Origin: an uncultured Candidatus Saccharibacteria bacterium
GTDB taxonomy: Bacteria; Patescibacteriota; UBA1384; JAMDBS01; CAYSHH01
Assembly (NCBI GenBank): GCA_964430945.1
Contig: CAYSHH010000001.1
Span: 6,473 to 70,472 of the forward strand
Direction of reading: 5' to 3'
Length of the DNA stretch: 64,000 nt
In this document: piece by piece, positions 41,480-51,712 of the stretch
Layout: the number at the start of each line of letters is the position of its first letter
Position numbering within the stretch: the first letter of the stretch is position 1
Notes under the pieces: model-generated
What the model saw: the letters and a program-made list of their open reading frames with translations, nothing else
Told to the model about the DNA's origin: nothing
Databases searched by the model: none
Position numbers and translations under genes: made by a program

Positions 41480-41730
41480 TAATTATTTTTTATTTCATTT
41501 TGATTAATTTTCAATTCATCTTGATTTTCATCAATTGTTGCTCGATTTTCATTTGGTTTTTCTCCAATTTCTTCTTGAACTCTATCTTTTGTTTTTTTTC
41601 GTTCCTCTCTGTTTTGCTTTGCGACTTCTTTTAGTTTATCCCAACTTGCTTTTTCTGGCTTACGATCACTTTGATTTAAATCTTCTAACATTTTTCGAGT
41701 GTCAAATGGTCCCAAAGGTCTTTCTCTCAT
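41479..41730 (-). CDS. Small charged hypothetical protein
   Basis: SD AAGGAG; TAATG overlap with the downstream gene. Confidence 0.6.
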   Translation of the reverse strand: MRERPLGPFDTRKMLEDLNQSDRKPEKASWDKLKEVAKQNREERKKTKDRVQEEIGEKPNENRATIDENQDELKINQNEIKNN

Positions 41731-41798
41731 ATTTTTCTCCTTATAATCACTATATAGAGTGATTTAAGCGACTCCAAAATTTTCTCGGAGTTTAGCTT

Positions 41799-43259
41799 TC
41801 ATTTAACTAATTTCTCATATTTATCTGCAATACTTAATATCAGCTCCTCCGACCACTGTGGTCCTAAGATTTGCATTCCAACAGGAAGTCCTTCAACTTT
41901 TCCAACTGGAATTGAAACTGCTGGAATTCCTGCAATATTTGCCCCAACCGTGTAGACATCAGCCAGATACATGCTAAGCGGATCTTCTTCACGTTCACCA
42001 ATCTTAAACGGCAATGTTGGAGAAGTTGGAGTAATAATTATATCAACTTCGTGAAATGCTTTTTCAAAATCCTTCATTACCAAAGTTCTCACCTTCATTG
42101 CTTTTTTATAATACGCATCAAGATATCCAGAGCTTAAGACATAAGTTCCGAGCATAATTCTTCTTTTTGCTTCATCGCCAAAACCTTCCGCACGAGATTT
42201 TAAATATAGCTCGGAAAGATCCTTGGCTGATTTACTCTGATGTCCGTATCGAATTCCATCGTATCGAGCTAAGTTTGATGATACTTCAGCTGGCTGGACA
42301 ATATAATAAACCGCAAGTGCATAATCTGTCATTGGTAAACTTATTTGTTTAACTTGTGCACCTTGTCCTTCCAATATTTTTACTGCATTTTTTACTTTTT
42401 CCTCTATCTTAGGATTCAACCCCTTAGCAAAATATTCCTTAGGTAATCCAATCTTTAAATCTTTTAGCTTGTAGTTTGTAGTTTGTAGCTTTTTAGAATT
42501 AAAATCTTTATTCGGTACTGTAGTAGAATCTTTGATATCAACTCCACTTATAATTTCAAGAAGCATTGCTGCATCTTCTGCGCTTTTAGTAATTGGCCCT
42601 GGGACATCCAAACTCGAAGCCATAGCAACAAGTCCGTAACGTGATGCTCTACCATAAGTTGGTTTAAGCCCAACCACATTACAAAATCCAGCTGGCTGGC
42701 GAATAGAACCACCAGTATCAGTTCCAAATGATGCAAAGCCCATACCAGAGGCAACTGCTGCGCAGGATCCACCAGAAGATCCACCTGGAACTCTCTCTAA
42801 ATCGTACGGATTATGTGTTGTGAAAAACTGGGAATTTTCTGTTGAACTTCCATGCGCCCAAGCATCCATATTACATTTACCAACAATTACAGCACCCGCA
42901 TTTTTTAATCTTTCGACGATTGTCGCATCATAAGCTGGCACAAAATCCTCTAACATCTTAGAAGCTGCAGTAGTTCGAATTCCTTTTGTTAAAATATTAT
43001 CTTTCAAAGATATTGGCACACCATCAACTTTCGAAAGTCTCTTTCCTTCGTTGATTCTTTTATCAGCCTCTTTCGCTTGCTCAAGCGCTTCTTTCTCTGA
43101 AATAGTAATAAATGCCTTAATTTGTGGATCTTTCAGCTTAATTTGTTCCAATACTAATTTAGTCAGTTCAACTGAACTAACTTCTTTTTGATCTAAAAGT
43201 TCCGATATCTCCGATATCGATTTTTCTAAAATTTTAAATTTTGATCTGTCATTTTGCAT
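41799..43259 (-). CDS. gatA: Asp/Glu-tRNA amidotransferase subunit A
   Basis: Amidase signature KDNI, PGGSSGGS, GTDTGGSIRQPA, SSNLARYDG. Confidence 0.98.
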   Translation of the reverse strand: MQNDRSKFKILEKSISEISELLDQKEVSSVELTKLVLEQIKLKDPQIKAFITISEKEALEQAKEADKRINEGKRLSKVDGVPISLKDNILTKGIRTTAASKMLEDFVPAYDATIVERLKNAGAVIVGKCNMDAWAHGSSTENSQFFTTHNPYDLERVPGGSSGGSCAAVASGMGFASFGTDTGGSIRQPAGFCNVVGLKPTYGRASRYGLVAMASSLDVPGPITKSAEDAAMLLEIISGVDIKDSTTVPNKDFNSKKLQTTNYKLKDLKIGLPKEYFAKGLNPKIEEKVKNAVKILEGQGAQVKQISLPMTDYALAVYYIVQPAEVSSNLARYDGIRYGHQSKSAKDLSELYLKSRAEGFGDEAKRRIMLGTYVLSSGYLDAYYKKAMKVRTLVMKDFEKAFHEVDIIITPTSPTLPFKIGEREEDPLSMYLADVYTVGANIAGIPAVSIPVGKVEGLPVGMQILGPQWSEELILSIADKYEKLVK

Positions 43260-43280
43260 TTTGATCTTTGATTTTTTAAT

Positions 43281-43595
43281 TTATGATAGCATTTGTTTCA
43301 CTTTTACATAATCACCTTTTTTCTCTTTTGCATTTGAAAGTAATTCTTTTCTGTTTTTATCAACGTTCTTATCTGCTTTCCAAATATCACTCACTTCATC
43401 TTCTCGATAAATATTTTTAAGTCCTGTAACTTGCGAAGTTTCTTCAATATTTTCAGTTTTAACTTTATTAAGTTTCTCGACATAACCTAAAATACTCGAT
43501 AATTCTTTCGAGTATTTTTCTTTTTCTTTATCAGTAATATTTATACGAGCCAATCTTGATAAATGTTCAATTTCAGCTTTAGTAATATCATTCAT
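43281..43595 (-). CDS. gatC: Asp/Glu-tRNA amidotransferase subunit C
   Basis: HL..LARI, ILGYVEKL, RED, Y.KV. Confidence 0.93.
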   Translation of the reverse strand: MNDITKAEIEHLSRLARINITDKEKEKYSKELSSILGYVEKLNKVKTENIEETSQVTGLKNIYREDEVSDIWKADKNVDKNRKELLSNAKEKKGDYVKVKQMLS

Positions 43596-43730
43596 AATTT
43601 ATCTTGATTATAACAGTTTATTCGACCTGTTGTAAAATTTTATTTGTCCACAAAAAATTTCATATTTTTCTGATATCATGTAATTAACAAATGTAAGTTT
43701 TCGTTCGTTTATTTGATAGGAGGGATATCA

Positions 43731-43928
43731 ATGCAAAACAATAGTACTTTTAAAGTACTCCAAAAAGCGATGGACTTATCTCGTCGAAGAAAAGATGATG
43801 GCAAAATTTCCCGATCTAGTCTGAACGATTCTCAGACTCAACCACAACAAAAAACCACGAAACAACCAAGATCATCAAATATTATTATATCGACTTCCGC
43901 CCCGAAAGAACCAATCTGTGTTTTCTAA
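43731..43928 (+). CDS. Small basic, low-complexity hypothetical protein
   Basis: SD AGGAGG before ATG 43731; hairpin plus T-tract at 43940-43978. Confidence 0.55.
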   Translation: MQNNSTFKVLQKAMDLSRRRKDDGKISRSSLNDSQTQPQQKTTKQPRSSNIIISTSAPKEPICVF

Positions 43929-43977
43929 AAACAATACCTACCCAATCACAACAAGCTCTTATGTCTGATTGGGTTTT

Positions 43978-46020
43978 TTATTTTATCATCCCCAAAAATC
44001 CTTTTTCATTAATTATCTCAACATTATTTTTCTTTGCTTTTTCAAACTTACTTCCGGGATTTTCACCACTAATAAGATAATTAGTTTTACTAGTTATAGA
44101 ACTTAAGACTTTGCCACCATACTGGATAATTTTTTTATGAGCATCTTCGCGAGTAAGTGTTGGAAGTGTACCAGTCACAACAAACGATTGTCCTTTGAGT
44201 TTATTGGCACTGACTGGTGAATGATAGTTTTGAACAACAATATCAGCTTTCAATAAATCGTCGACAAATTTTTGATGTCCAATATTTTTAAGCCAATCGC
44301 ATATCTCTTTAGCAGTTTTATCTGCTACTCCATACATGCGTCTAATACTTTCATAATTCGCTTTTCTAAATTTTTCTAAAGTATGGAATTGCTTTGCCAA
44401 ATCTACTGCCATTTCAGCCCCTACACTTCTAATAGAAAGTGCATAAATAAATCTATCAAGTGTAATTTTCTTAGCACTTTGAATAGAGTTATAGGTATTT
44501 TGTGAAGATTTTTCTGCAAATCTTTCTAAAGGTTCTAAATCACCTGGCTCTAGCTTAAATAAATCTACTGCCGATTTAATAAGTCCTGCATCGATAAGTT
44601 GGTCAATGACTTTTGGCCCTAATCCCTCCATATTAAAAGCTGATTTTGAAACAAAATGCACAATTCTTCGCCTCATCTGCGAAGCACAGTTTTTATTTGG
44701 ACATCGTGTAATTGCTTCTCCTTCTGGCCTGACAACCCCTACACCGCAAATTGGACATTTTTTTGGCATATGAAACTCTCGAGCAGTTTTAGGCCTCAAT
44801 CGCTTTAATACCTCAACAACTTCAGGTATAACATCTCCAGCCTTTTGAATAATCACTGTATCACCCACACGCACATCTTTTTTATGAATTTCATCCTCAT
44901 TGTGAAGTGTAGCACGACTTATTGTTGATCCAGCTACAAGTACAGGCTCAAGTATCGCCACAGGGGTTAAAGCTCCTGTCCTACCTACCTGCACCACAAT
45001 ATTATTTATTGTAGTTGTTGCTTGCTCTGCTGCCCATTTGTAAGCAATCTCCCAACGATAAGCTTTGCCAATATATCCAAGTTTTTTCCTCTCTATTAAA
45101 TTATTTACTTTAATAACTACTCCATCAACCTGATACGGTAGCTTTTCTCTTTTCTTTTGCCAAAGCTTATATAATTTTTCTATATCTGTGGTAGTTCTCA
45201 CAATTTGAGCATGGGGATTGATTTTAAATCCTACTTTTTTAGCAATTTCAAAATTTTCTAAATGAGTTTTGGTGCCTATATCCGTATCAATACTATAAAT
45301 ATTAAAATCAAGCTTTCTTAGTGCAGTCACCTTAGGATTTAATTGACGAATAGATCCTGCGGCAATATTTCTTGGATTAGCATATTTAGCCAATCCCTTT
45401 TTTTCCTGTTCTTTGTTTAATCTTTGAAATTCTTTTTTAGAAATATAAACTTCCCCCCGAACTTCAAATATTCCATTTTTAATAATTTCTTCTAATTTTG
45501 AATTTTTAATTATTTTTTTAAGTTTTTCGCTTTGAGTTTTAAGTTCTAATGGAATTGATTCAATTGTCCTAATGTTTTGTGTGACATCCTCTCCGATGAC
45601 TCCATCACCACGTGTAGCAGCTTGTATAAGTACTCCCTTTTCATAAATCAATGAGACTGCCAACCCATCCATTTTAAGCTCTGCAAAATATTCTTTTGGT
45701 TTATGACCCAAAATTTTACTTATCCGAGTTTCCCAATCAATAATTTCTTCGTATGTAAAAGCATCCTCCATGCTCATCATCCGAGTTTTGTGTTTTACCT
45801 TTTTGAATTTATCCAATGCTTTTCCACCCACCCTTTGAGTTGGAGAATCAGATGTAATAAACTCAGGATATTTGTGCTCTAGCTCATAAAGTTTATGCTT
45901 AAGAGAGTCTAAAGCCGCATCGGTTATTTCTTCACGATCAAGTACGTGATACAAATATCGATGATGATTAATCTCTTTTTTTAATGCTTCTATTCTTTTT
46001 TTCACTTCATTTTTATCCAT
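43978..46020 (-). CDS. ligA: NAD-dependent DNA ligase
   Basis: ELKMDGLA, TRGDG, EVRGE, Zn finger, BRCT. Confidence 0.98.
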   Translation of the reverse strand: MDKNEVKKRIEALKKEINHHRYLYHVLDREEITDAALDSLKHKLYELEHKYPEFITSDSPTQRVGGKALDKFKKVKHKTRMMSMEDAFTYEEIIDWETRISKILGHKPKEYFAELKMDGLAVSLIYEKGVLIQAATRGDGVIGEDVTQNIRTIESIPLELKTQSEKLKKIIKNSKLEEIIKNGIFEVRGEVYISKKEFQRLNKEQEKKGLAKYANPRNIAAGSIRQLNPKVTALRKLDFNIYSIDTDIGTKTHLENFEIAKKVGFKINPHAQIVRTTTDIEKLYKLWQKKREKLPYQVDGVVIKVNNLIERKKLGYIGKAYRWEIAYKWAAEQATTTINNIVVQVGRTGALTPVAILEPVLVAGSTISRATLHNEDEIHKKDVRVGDTVIIQKAGDVIPEVVEVLKRLRPKTAREFHMPKKCPICGVGVVRPEGEAITRCPNKNCASQMRRRIVHFVSKSAFNMEGLGPKVIDQLIDAGLIKSAVDLFKLEPGDLEPLERFAEKSSQNTYNSIQSAKKITLDRFIYALSIRSVGAEMAVDLAKQFHTLEKFRKANYESIRRMYGVADKTAKEICDWLKNIGHQKFVDDLLKADIVVQNYHSPVSANKLKGQSFVVTGTLPTLTREDAHKKIIQYGGKVLSSITSKTNYLISGENPGSKFEKAKKNNVEIINEKGFLGMIK

Positions 46021-46095
46021 ACTATTATTTTAAACTTTTATATAAGATTGACAAGTAATACTTATGTATATTTCGAAAAGATCATAATATTTACT

Positions 46096-46121
46096 TAAAA
46101 GCTCCCTTAAGGGAGCTTTTA
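46096..46121. terminator. Perfect palindromic terminator
   Basis: TAAAAGCTCCCTTAAGGGAGCTTTTA. Confidence 0.7.
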
Positions 46122-46149
46122 TCTTTATCCAATTATATGATTTTTGTTT

Positions 46150-47880
46150 TTACCAACTTCCGCCACCACCTCCGCCGAATCCTCCTCCAGAACCACCACC
46201 GGAAAATCCAGATCCTCCGGAACCAGCTGAAGATGGAGCTGATATTAAAGCCGAATTCATGCTTGTTTGCATATCGGACATAGAAGAAGCAAAAACAACA
46301 GGGTAAAATGCACCACGACCTTCATACCAATCAGGTCTATCTATTTGCATTTTCTCAAACTTTTTAGACCATTCTTTTACTATTCCGAATATCATCGCAT
46401 AAGGCAGAAATTTCTCAAATATCTTATTATCTTCATTGAACTTTTGCCTATACCTCTCAGCAGTATACATATAAAGTTTAAATCCCTTAATCTGACGTGT
46501 TATTTCTACCCCCTTGTCAGTTCTTTTGGGCATAAGAAAAGAAAATATAATAATAAGAATTCCCGAACCAACAAAAGCGAACATTATCGGAAAAAATGAG
46601 CCCATGAAAAACACCAAAAATTCTGGCAAAAAAAATCCTAAAATAAGCACTACCACGCCAAACGCTAGATATTTATTTCTTACATTTTCCGGATTCTCTT
46701 CAAAATAACCATCCTTTTTTACAGTATCGTATAAATCTTTTTTAATATCTTTGATATATATATAAAATTTATTTCGCAATTCACTAATTTTTACTAGACT
46801 ATCTTCTTTAAATAGTCCATCCATAATTTTCATCTCATAATTCGCAAGTCCATTCCTTATCTTTTTTGTATCTGTCAGCAGATAATCTTTCCCACTACCA
46901 ATACCTAATATTTTCTTTTCTTCTAATTCTTTAATTTTAATATAACCTCTTACCGCCATATCAATAATCACTGCTGAAATATCATGAGTATCCACCTTTT
47001 CATCGTAAATAGTTCCCATAACTGCTGGGCTAAGTTTCTCTGGTGGAGCAAATTCTGGTACAACAGTTTTCTTCATATCTCTTGGGTCCTTACCTTTTTT
47101 ATAATAATTATTGATAAGTAATATTAGTACCAAAAAAGGCACCAAATAACCCCAGTTATCTTGAAGAAACCATTCGATTTGAGTCCAAACAGAATATTGT
47201 TTTATAACGCCTGGCTTAATTCCACTAACCACCGTAAACCCTTCTCCAGGTGTTAAAACGTCCCTTATACTTAAGTTTACCGAATTGTCCTGAACATCTA
47301 TTTGGCAATTACTTGTATTGGAGCCATAACTTCCTGTAAAACAGTTATTATCAAACATTTCTGCATTTTGAGGCCATGTTATCTTTATGTTTGCTTCTTT
47401 AATATCGACGGGCCAATCGTTTCCAGTCGCATTCCAATAAAACTCGTCGTGATCTGAAAAACTATTTATTACTCTATTTATAAAATATTCAATGGTATAA
47501 TGCTGGCTTCCAGAAATAAGCTTATCGGCATCACCGATTTTCAATTCTAAGTTTCCAGATGAACGCGATTCTTCATAACTCACACTATTTCCATCTTGAT
47601 CGGTAACACTTTTAACATCTATTCTTACGTCATAGTTATTACCATTTCTAGAATATTTATATGGAATATACCTATAAATTCCGTGTTTATTGAGATTATT
47701 GAAATTTACATCAATATCCTCTTTGACAGTTGCAGACCTATCTTCATTGATCACAACATCTGAGTTAAATTTATCAATTTCCCAGCCAGTATCGTTTGTA
47801 TCGTATGCCTGCGAATTACTAAAACCAAAAAATACTGCAAGAAAAGTTGCAACTATAAAAATATATAATATTTTTCTCAT
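46150..47880 (-). CDS. DUF2207 membrane protein
   Basis: Signal peptide, HGIYRYIP, EFYWN..G..W, LPYA..FG, Gly-rich C-terminus GGGFGGGGGGSW. Confidence 0.9.
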   Translation of the reverse strand: MRKILYIFIVATFLAVFFGFSNSQAYDTNDTGWEIDKFNSDVVINEDRSATVKEDIDVNFNNLNKHGIYRYIPYKYSRNGNNYDVRIDVKSVTDQDGNSVSYEESRSSGNLELKIGDADKLISGSQHYTIEYFINRVINSFSDHDEFYWNATGNDWPVDIKEANIKITWPQNAEMFDNNCFTGSYGSNTSNCQIDVQDNSVNLSIRDVLTPGEGFTVVSGIKPGVIKQYSVWTQIEWFLQDNWGYLVPFLVLILLINNYYKKGKDPRDMKKTVVPEFAPPEKLSPAVMGTIYDEKVDTHDISAVIIDMAVRGYIKIKELEEKKILGIGSGKDYLLTDTKKIRNGLANYEMKIMDGLFKEDSLVKISELRNKFYIYIKDIKKDLYDTVKKDGYFEENPENVRNKYLAFGVVVLILGFFLPEFLVFFMGSFFPIMFAFVGSGILIIIFSFLMPKRTDKGVEITRQIKGFKLYMYTAERYRQKFNEDNKIFEKFLPYAMIFGIVKEWSKKFEKMQIDRPDWYEGRGAFYPVVFASSMSDMQTSMNSALISAPSSAGSGGSGFSGGGSGGGFGGGGGGSW

Positions 47881-47894
47881 ATTTTAGTGATTTA

Positions 47895-48245
47895 TTATAT
47901 CTTCAAAGTCTCCGCATATTTGCCAACCACTGGAAGTGGTTTCATTTTACCATTAAGAGCATTCATTATACCCATAACAAATAGAACTGCAATCAATACA
48001 TATACTGCTACCATGATAAGCCATCCTAAAATCGGAATCCAATAGATTATCCATCCAAGCTGAGCAATAATTATCAAAACCAAAAGCGCCAACCCCTGTT
48101 TGCCATGGTATTGAGCAAAAGGAGAATCTTTTTTAGCCAAAAGAGGAATAAGACATAAGATTCCCAAATACCCAATAGCCGCAATTGCTTTATTCTCTTC
48201 GACATCCTTGCTCGATACTTTCTTCTCATTTTTTTCTTCAGTCAT
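47895..48245 (-). CDS. DUF4870-like small membrane protein
   Basis: AAIGYLG, F...H.KQGL, GI.NA..G...PLP..G. Confidence 0.8.
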   Translation of the reverse strand: MTEEKNEKKVSSKDVEENKAIAAIGYLGILCLIPLLAKKDSPFAQYHGKQGLALLVLIIIAQLGWIIYWIPILGWLIMVAVYVLIAVLFVMGIMNALNGKMKPLPVVGKYAETLKI

Positions 48246-48270
48246 ATTTTTTCCTTTTAATTATTTATTA

Positions 48271-48834
48271 TTATTTCTTCTTTTCATTAAAATCTACTTT
48301 TATAGCTTCTTTCTCTGCGCCTTGTGCTTCAAAAAGTTCCTTTTTGGTAAATCCTAGGTTGTTTGCAATTATATTATTTGGGAATACCTGAATTCTAGTA
48401 TTAAAATCACGCACATTACCATTATAAAATCTTCTAGACGCTTCAATCTTATCTTCAGTGCCAGTCAATTCATCTTGGAGTTTAGAAAAATTTTCATTTG
48501 CCTTAAGCTCAGGATAATTTTCTGCTATAGCAAACACGGATTTCAAGGCATCGGTAAGCATATTTTCTGCCTCAGCTTTATTTGCCATACCCTTTGCTCC
48601 CATCGCTTGAGTCCTAGCCTTGGTTACATCAATAAACACATTCTTTTCATGCTTGGCATATCCTTTTACTGTCTCAACCAAGTTCGGAATAAGATCATAT
48701 CTTCTTTTTGTTTGTACATCGATATCACTTTTTGCTTCTTCAACTCTATTTTTTAACCCAATAAGACCATTATACACTGCAATAATCCAGATAACTGCAA
48801 CGACTACAAGTCCAATAATTGCCCATAGTAACAT
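48271..48834 (-). CDS. lemA: LemA family protein
   Basis: YNGL, IDVQ.KRRYDLIPNLVETVKGY, E.YPELKANENF, RRFYN. Confidence 0.95.
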   Translation of the reverse strand: MLLWAIIGLVVVAVIWIIAVYNGLIGLKNRVEEAKSDIDVQTKRRYDLIPNLVETVKGYAKHEKNVFIDVTKARTQAMGAKGMANKAEAENMLTDALKSVFAIAENYPELKANENFSKLQDELTGTEDKIEASRRFYNGNVRDFNTRIQVFPNNIIANNLGFTKKELFEAQGAEKEAIKVDFNEKKK

Positions 48835-48863
48835 ATTGATTCCTTTTTATATTTTAATTAATA

Positions 48864-49304
48864 TTATTTATCTTTCCCGATTTTTGATTTTACAATTATC
48901 TTAATAACTGTCTTAACATCATGACCAAAGTCAATTTCTACTTTGTGATCACCAACTTCTTTAATCGGTTGAAAATTAACTTGTTTCACATCAATTTTTA
49001 GTTTTTCAGCAACCTGAGACGGTCCTATCGATCCATAAAGCTTGCCTTTGTTAGACGCTTTCAATTCAAATTTAAGTTCTTTATCTGCATAGTTCTTAGC
49101 AATACTCTCTATCTTTTTTATCTCGTTCTTTACTTTCTTTCTTTCACGAGAAATATTTTTTAATATAATCTTTGCTTTCTCGTCATCTGTTTTTACTGCC
49201 AATTTTTTTGGTAAAAGATAATTTCTCGCATATCCATTAGCTACCTCTTTTCTGTCACCAACAATTCCTAATCCTGATACATTTTCCAATAATACTACTT
49301 TCAT
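48864..49304 (-). CDS. rplI: 50S ribosomal protein L9
   Basis: MKVVLL, GYARNYLLP, GKLYGSI. Confidence 0.96.
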   Translation of the reverse strand: MKVVLLENVSGLGIVGDRKEVANGYARNYLLPKKLAVKTDDEKAKIILKNISRERKKVKNEIKKIESIAKNYADKELKFELKASNKGKLYGSIGPSQVAEKLKIDVKQVNFQPIKEVGDHKVEIDFGHDVKTVIKIIVKSKIGKDK

Positions 49305-49406
49305 ATGGTCCTTTCTATAATCTTTCTATCTTTCCCTCCAAAATGAATCTTTGTCAAATATATCAACCTAACAATATCTTATTAGAAATTACTCCTTTTG
49401 TAAACA

Positions 49407-50612
49407 TTATTTCTGAAATTCTTCCATCGCTTTTTGAAACTGCACATCTTCATCAGTACCAATTTTATTGGTATCCATCTCAACCTCAATATCTGGAGTA
49501 ATGCCCTCATCCTGAATTTGTCTTTGATTTGGAGTAAGCCAATTTGCCACTGTAATTTTTATCTGTGAACCATCAGGCAACTCTTCCAAATTTTGCACGC
49601 AGCCTTTACCAAATGTCTTTTCTCCTATCACAACACCACTTTTAGTATCTTGGATAGCTCCTGTAAAAATTTCAGACGAGGAAGCAGATCCACCATTGGC
49701 CAGTACTACTAGATCAACATCTCTCAATCTCGGAATATGAGTAGTATTGAGTGCTTCTTTCTGTGAGTTTCTGTCTTCTTCCCATACCACAACACCCTCT
49801 GGAATAAACAAACTTGTCACATCAACCGCAGTTGTTAAATATCCACCTGGATCATCTCTGACATCAACAATCATCTTATTGATATTTTTTGACTGCATTT
49901 CTTCGGCAACTTGATTGAGTTTATCAAAAGTGTCTTCTCCGAACTGAGAAATTCTTACATACATCACTCCGTTTTCCTTTTCCTCCCATTTAACCGATTC
50001 CACCAAAATAGTATCTCTGGTCACAACGACATCCTGTGTTTGCTCATCTCCATCGTGTAAAACTGTTAATGTCACATTCGTTCCCTTCTCGCCTCTAATC
50101 TTATTGATTGCCTCAGTAAAAGTGTAATCACCCACGTCAACACCATCAATTTTTACAATAATATCTTTCGATTTCATTCCAGCCTTCTGAGCAGGTGACC
50201 CATCCAAAGGAGATATAACAACCAACAATCCTCCTTTATTTGCAATTTCGATACCGATACCACCAAATTCACCCCCCAGATCTTCACTTAGCATCTTGGT
50301 TTCCTCAGGATTCATAAATACAGTATATGGATCGTTAAGAGAATCAAGCATTCCAGATATAGCACCATATGTCATTTTCTGAAAATCAAGGTTTTTATTA
50401 ATAAAATTAGACCTAACAATGTTCCAAGCATCCCAAAATATTGAGAAGTTTACTTCATTTGGTTTATTTTTATCAATATCCACTATTTTTACTTTTCCAC
50501 CAGATACAGTAAATAAATTTTTATGTCCAACACCATATCCTACAAAATAAACACCTACTAATATTAGTACAATTGAAACAAATTTAATTAATTTTCGTGT
50601 TTTCTTATTCAT
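49407..50612 (-). CDS. ctpA: C-terminal processing peptidase (S41)
   Basis: DPYT, PDZ GIGI, DVRDDPGG, SASSSEI, TFGKG.VQ. Confidence 0.93.
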   Translation of the reverse strand: MNKKTRKLIKFVSIVLILVGVYFVGYGVGHKNLFTVSGGKVKIVDIDKNKPNEVNFSIFWDAWNIVRSNFINKNLDFQKMTYGAISGMLDSLNDPYTVFMNPEETKMLSEDLGGEFGGIGIEIANKGGLLVVISPLDGSPAQKAGMKSKDIIVKIDGVDVGDYTFTEAINKIRGEKGTNVTLTVLHDGDEQTQDVVVTRDTILVESVKWEEKENGVMYVRISQFGEDTFDKLNQVAEEMQSKNINKMIVDVRDDPGGYLTTAVDVTSLFIPEGVVVWEEDRNSQKEALNTTHIPRLRDVDLVVLANGGSASSSEIFTGAIQDTKSGVVIGEKTFGKGCVQNLEELPDGSQIKITVANWLTPNQRQIQDEGITPDIEVEMDTNKIGTDEDVQFQKAMEEFQK

Positions 50613-50620
50613 TAAACTCC

Positions 50621-51709
50621 TTATTTAATTATCCCTCCACCTAGAACTTTTTTGTTATTATAAAAAACTATTGACTGTCCACATGAAATTGCTCTTTGTT
50701 TCTCAAAAAAATACACATTGATACCATTTTCTACACACGTTATTCTACACTTTGCTTTTTTAGAGCATGATCTGATCTTTGCAGAAGCTAAAAAAACATT
50801 TCCTATACTCAGAGGATTAATCCAATTAATTTTTTCAACTGTAAGCCAGTTTTGATACAAATCTCTATTAAGACCCAATACAAGCTCATTTTTTTCTACA
50901 TTTAATTTTAACACATACAATTGCGGAATCATATCTTTACTTTTTTTTAATCTTGATTTTTCTAGATTAATTTTTGAAAGACCACTTCTTTGACCAACAG
51001 TATAGCAGATCAATCCTTCATGCTCGGCAATTTTAACACCACCTCGATCAACAACATCACCATTTTTTTTAAGTTTTTTGGCAGATTTATTTAAAAAATT
51101 TCTGATATTATTATCTTTTATAAAACAAATGTCTTGTGATTCACTTTCATTTTTAGATATTAATTTGTATTTTTTTGCAATTTCCTTAACCTCATCTTTT
51201 TTATAATCGCCTAAAGGAAAAATTATTCTCTTAAGATCATCTTTTCCCAGATTATACAAAAAATAACTTTGGTCCTTATTCTCATCCACCCCTTCCATTA
51301 ACTCAAAATGATAATTGGTATCTGTATCTTTTCCAACCTTTTTAATGCGAACATAGTGTCCAGTTGCCACATTATCGAAATTGTGTTTTTTGGCCAGTCG
51401 AAGCAATGTTTTAAATTTTATCTTTGGATTACAAACAACGCATGGGTTTGGAGTCCTACCTTGTTCATACTCACTAACGAAGTGATCGATAACCTCTTTT
51501 TTAAAATTATGCGATACGTCACAGATAATAAGCTTTATGCCAAGTTTTTTACAAATATTCTGAGTTTTCTTCTGATTTATATTCTGTCTAGATGTCATTT
51601 TGATAAATAAACCAGTCACATCATAACCTCTATCTATAAGCAATTTTGCACTTACTGCCGAATCAACACCACCAGACATCCCAACAAGAACATTTTTTTT
51701 ATGTTTCAT
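50621..51709 (-). CDS. mnmA: tRNA 2-thiouridylase (CxxC type)
   Basis: MSGGVDS, TPNPCVVCN, ATGHY, KDQSYFL, ESQDICF. Confidence 0.96.
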   Translation of the reverse strand: MKHKKNVLVGMSGGVDSAVSAKLLIDRGYDVTGLFIKMTSRQNINQKKTQNICKKLGIKLIICDVSHNFKKEVIDHFVSEYEQGRTPNPCVVCNPKIKFKTLLRLAKKHNFDNVATGHYVRIKKVGKDTDTNYHFELMEGVDENKDQSYFLYNLGKDDLKRIIFPLGDYKKDEVKEIAKKYKLISKNESESQDICFIKDNNIRNFLNKSAKKLKKNGDVVDRGGVKIAEHEGLICYTVGQRSGLSKINLEKSRLKKSKDMIPQLYVLKLNVEKNELVLGLNRDLYQNWLTVEKINWINPLSIGNVFLASAKIRSCSKKAKCRITCVENGINVYFFEKQRAISCGQSIVFYNNKKVLGGGIIK

Positions 51710-51712
51710 AAA

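Noticed and set aside
43644-43652. Near DnaA box TTGTCCACA as a sign of oriC
   Set aside because: Single mismatched copy, no box cluster, no dnaA and no switch in gene orientation
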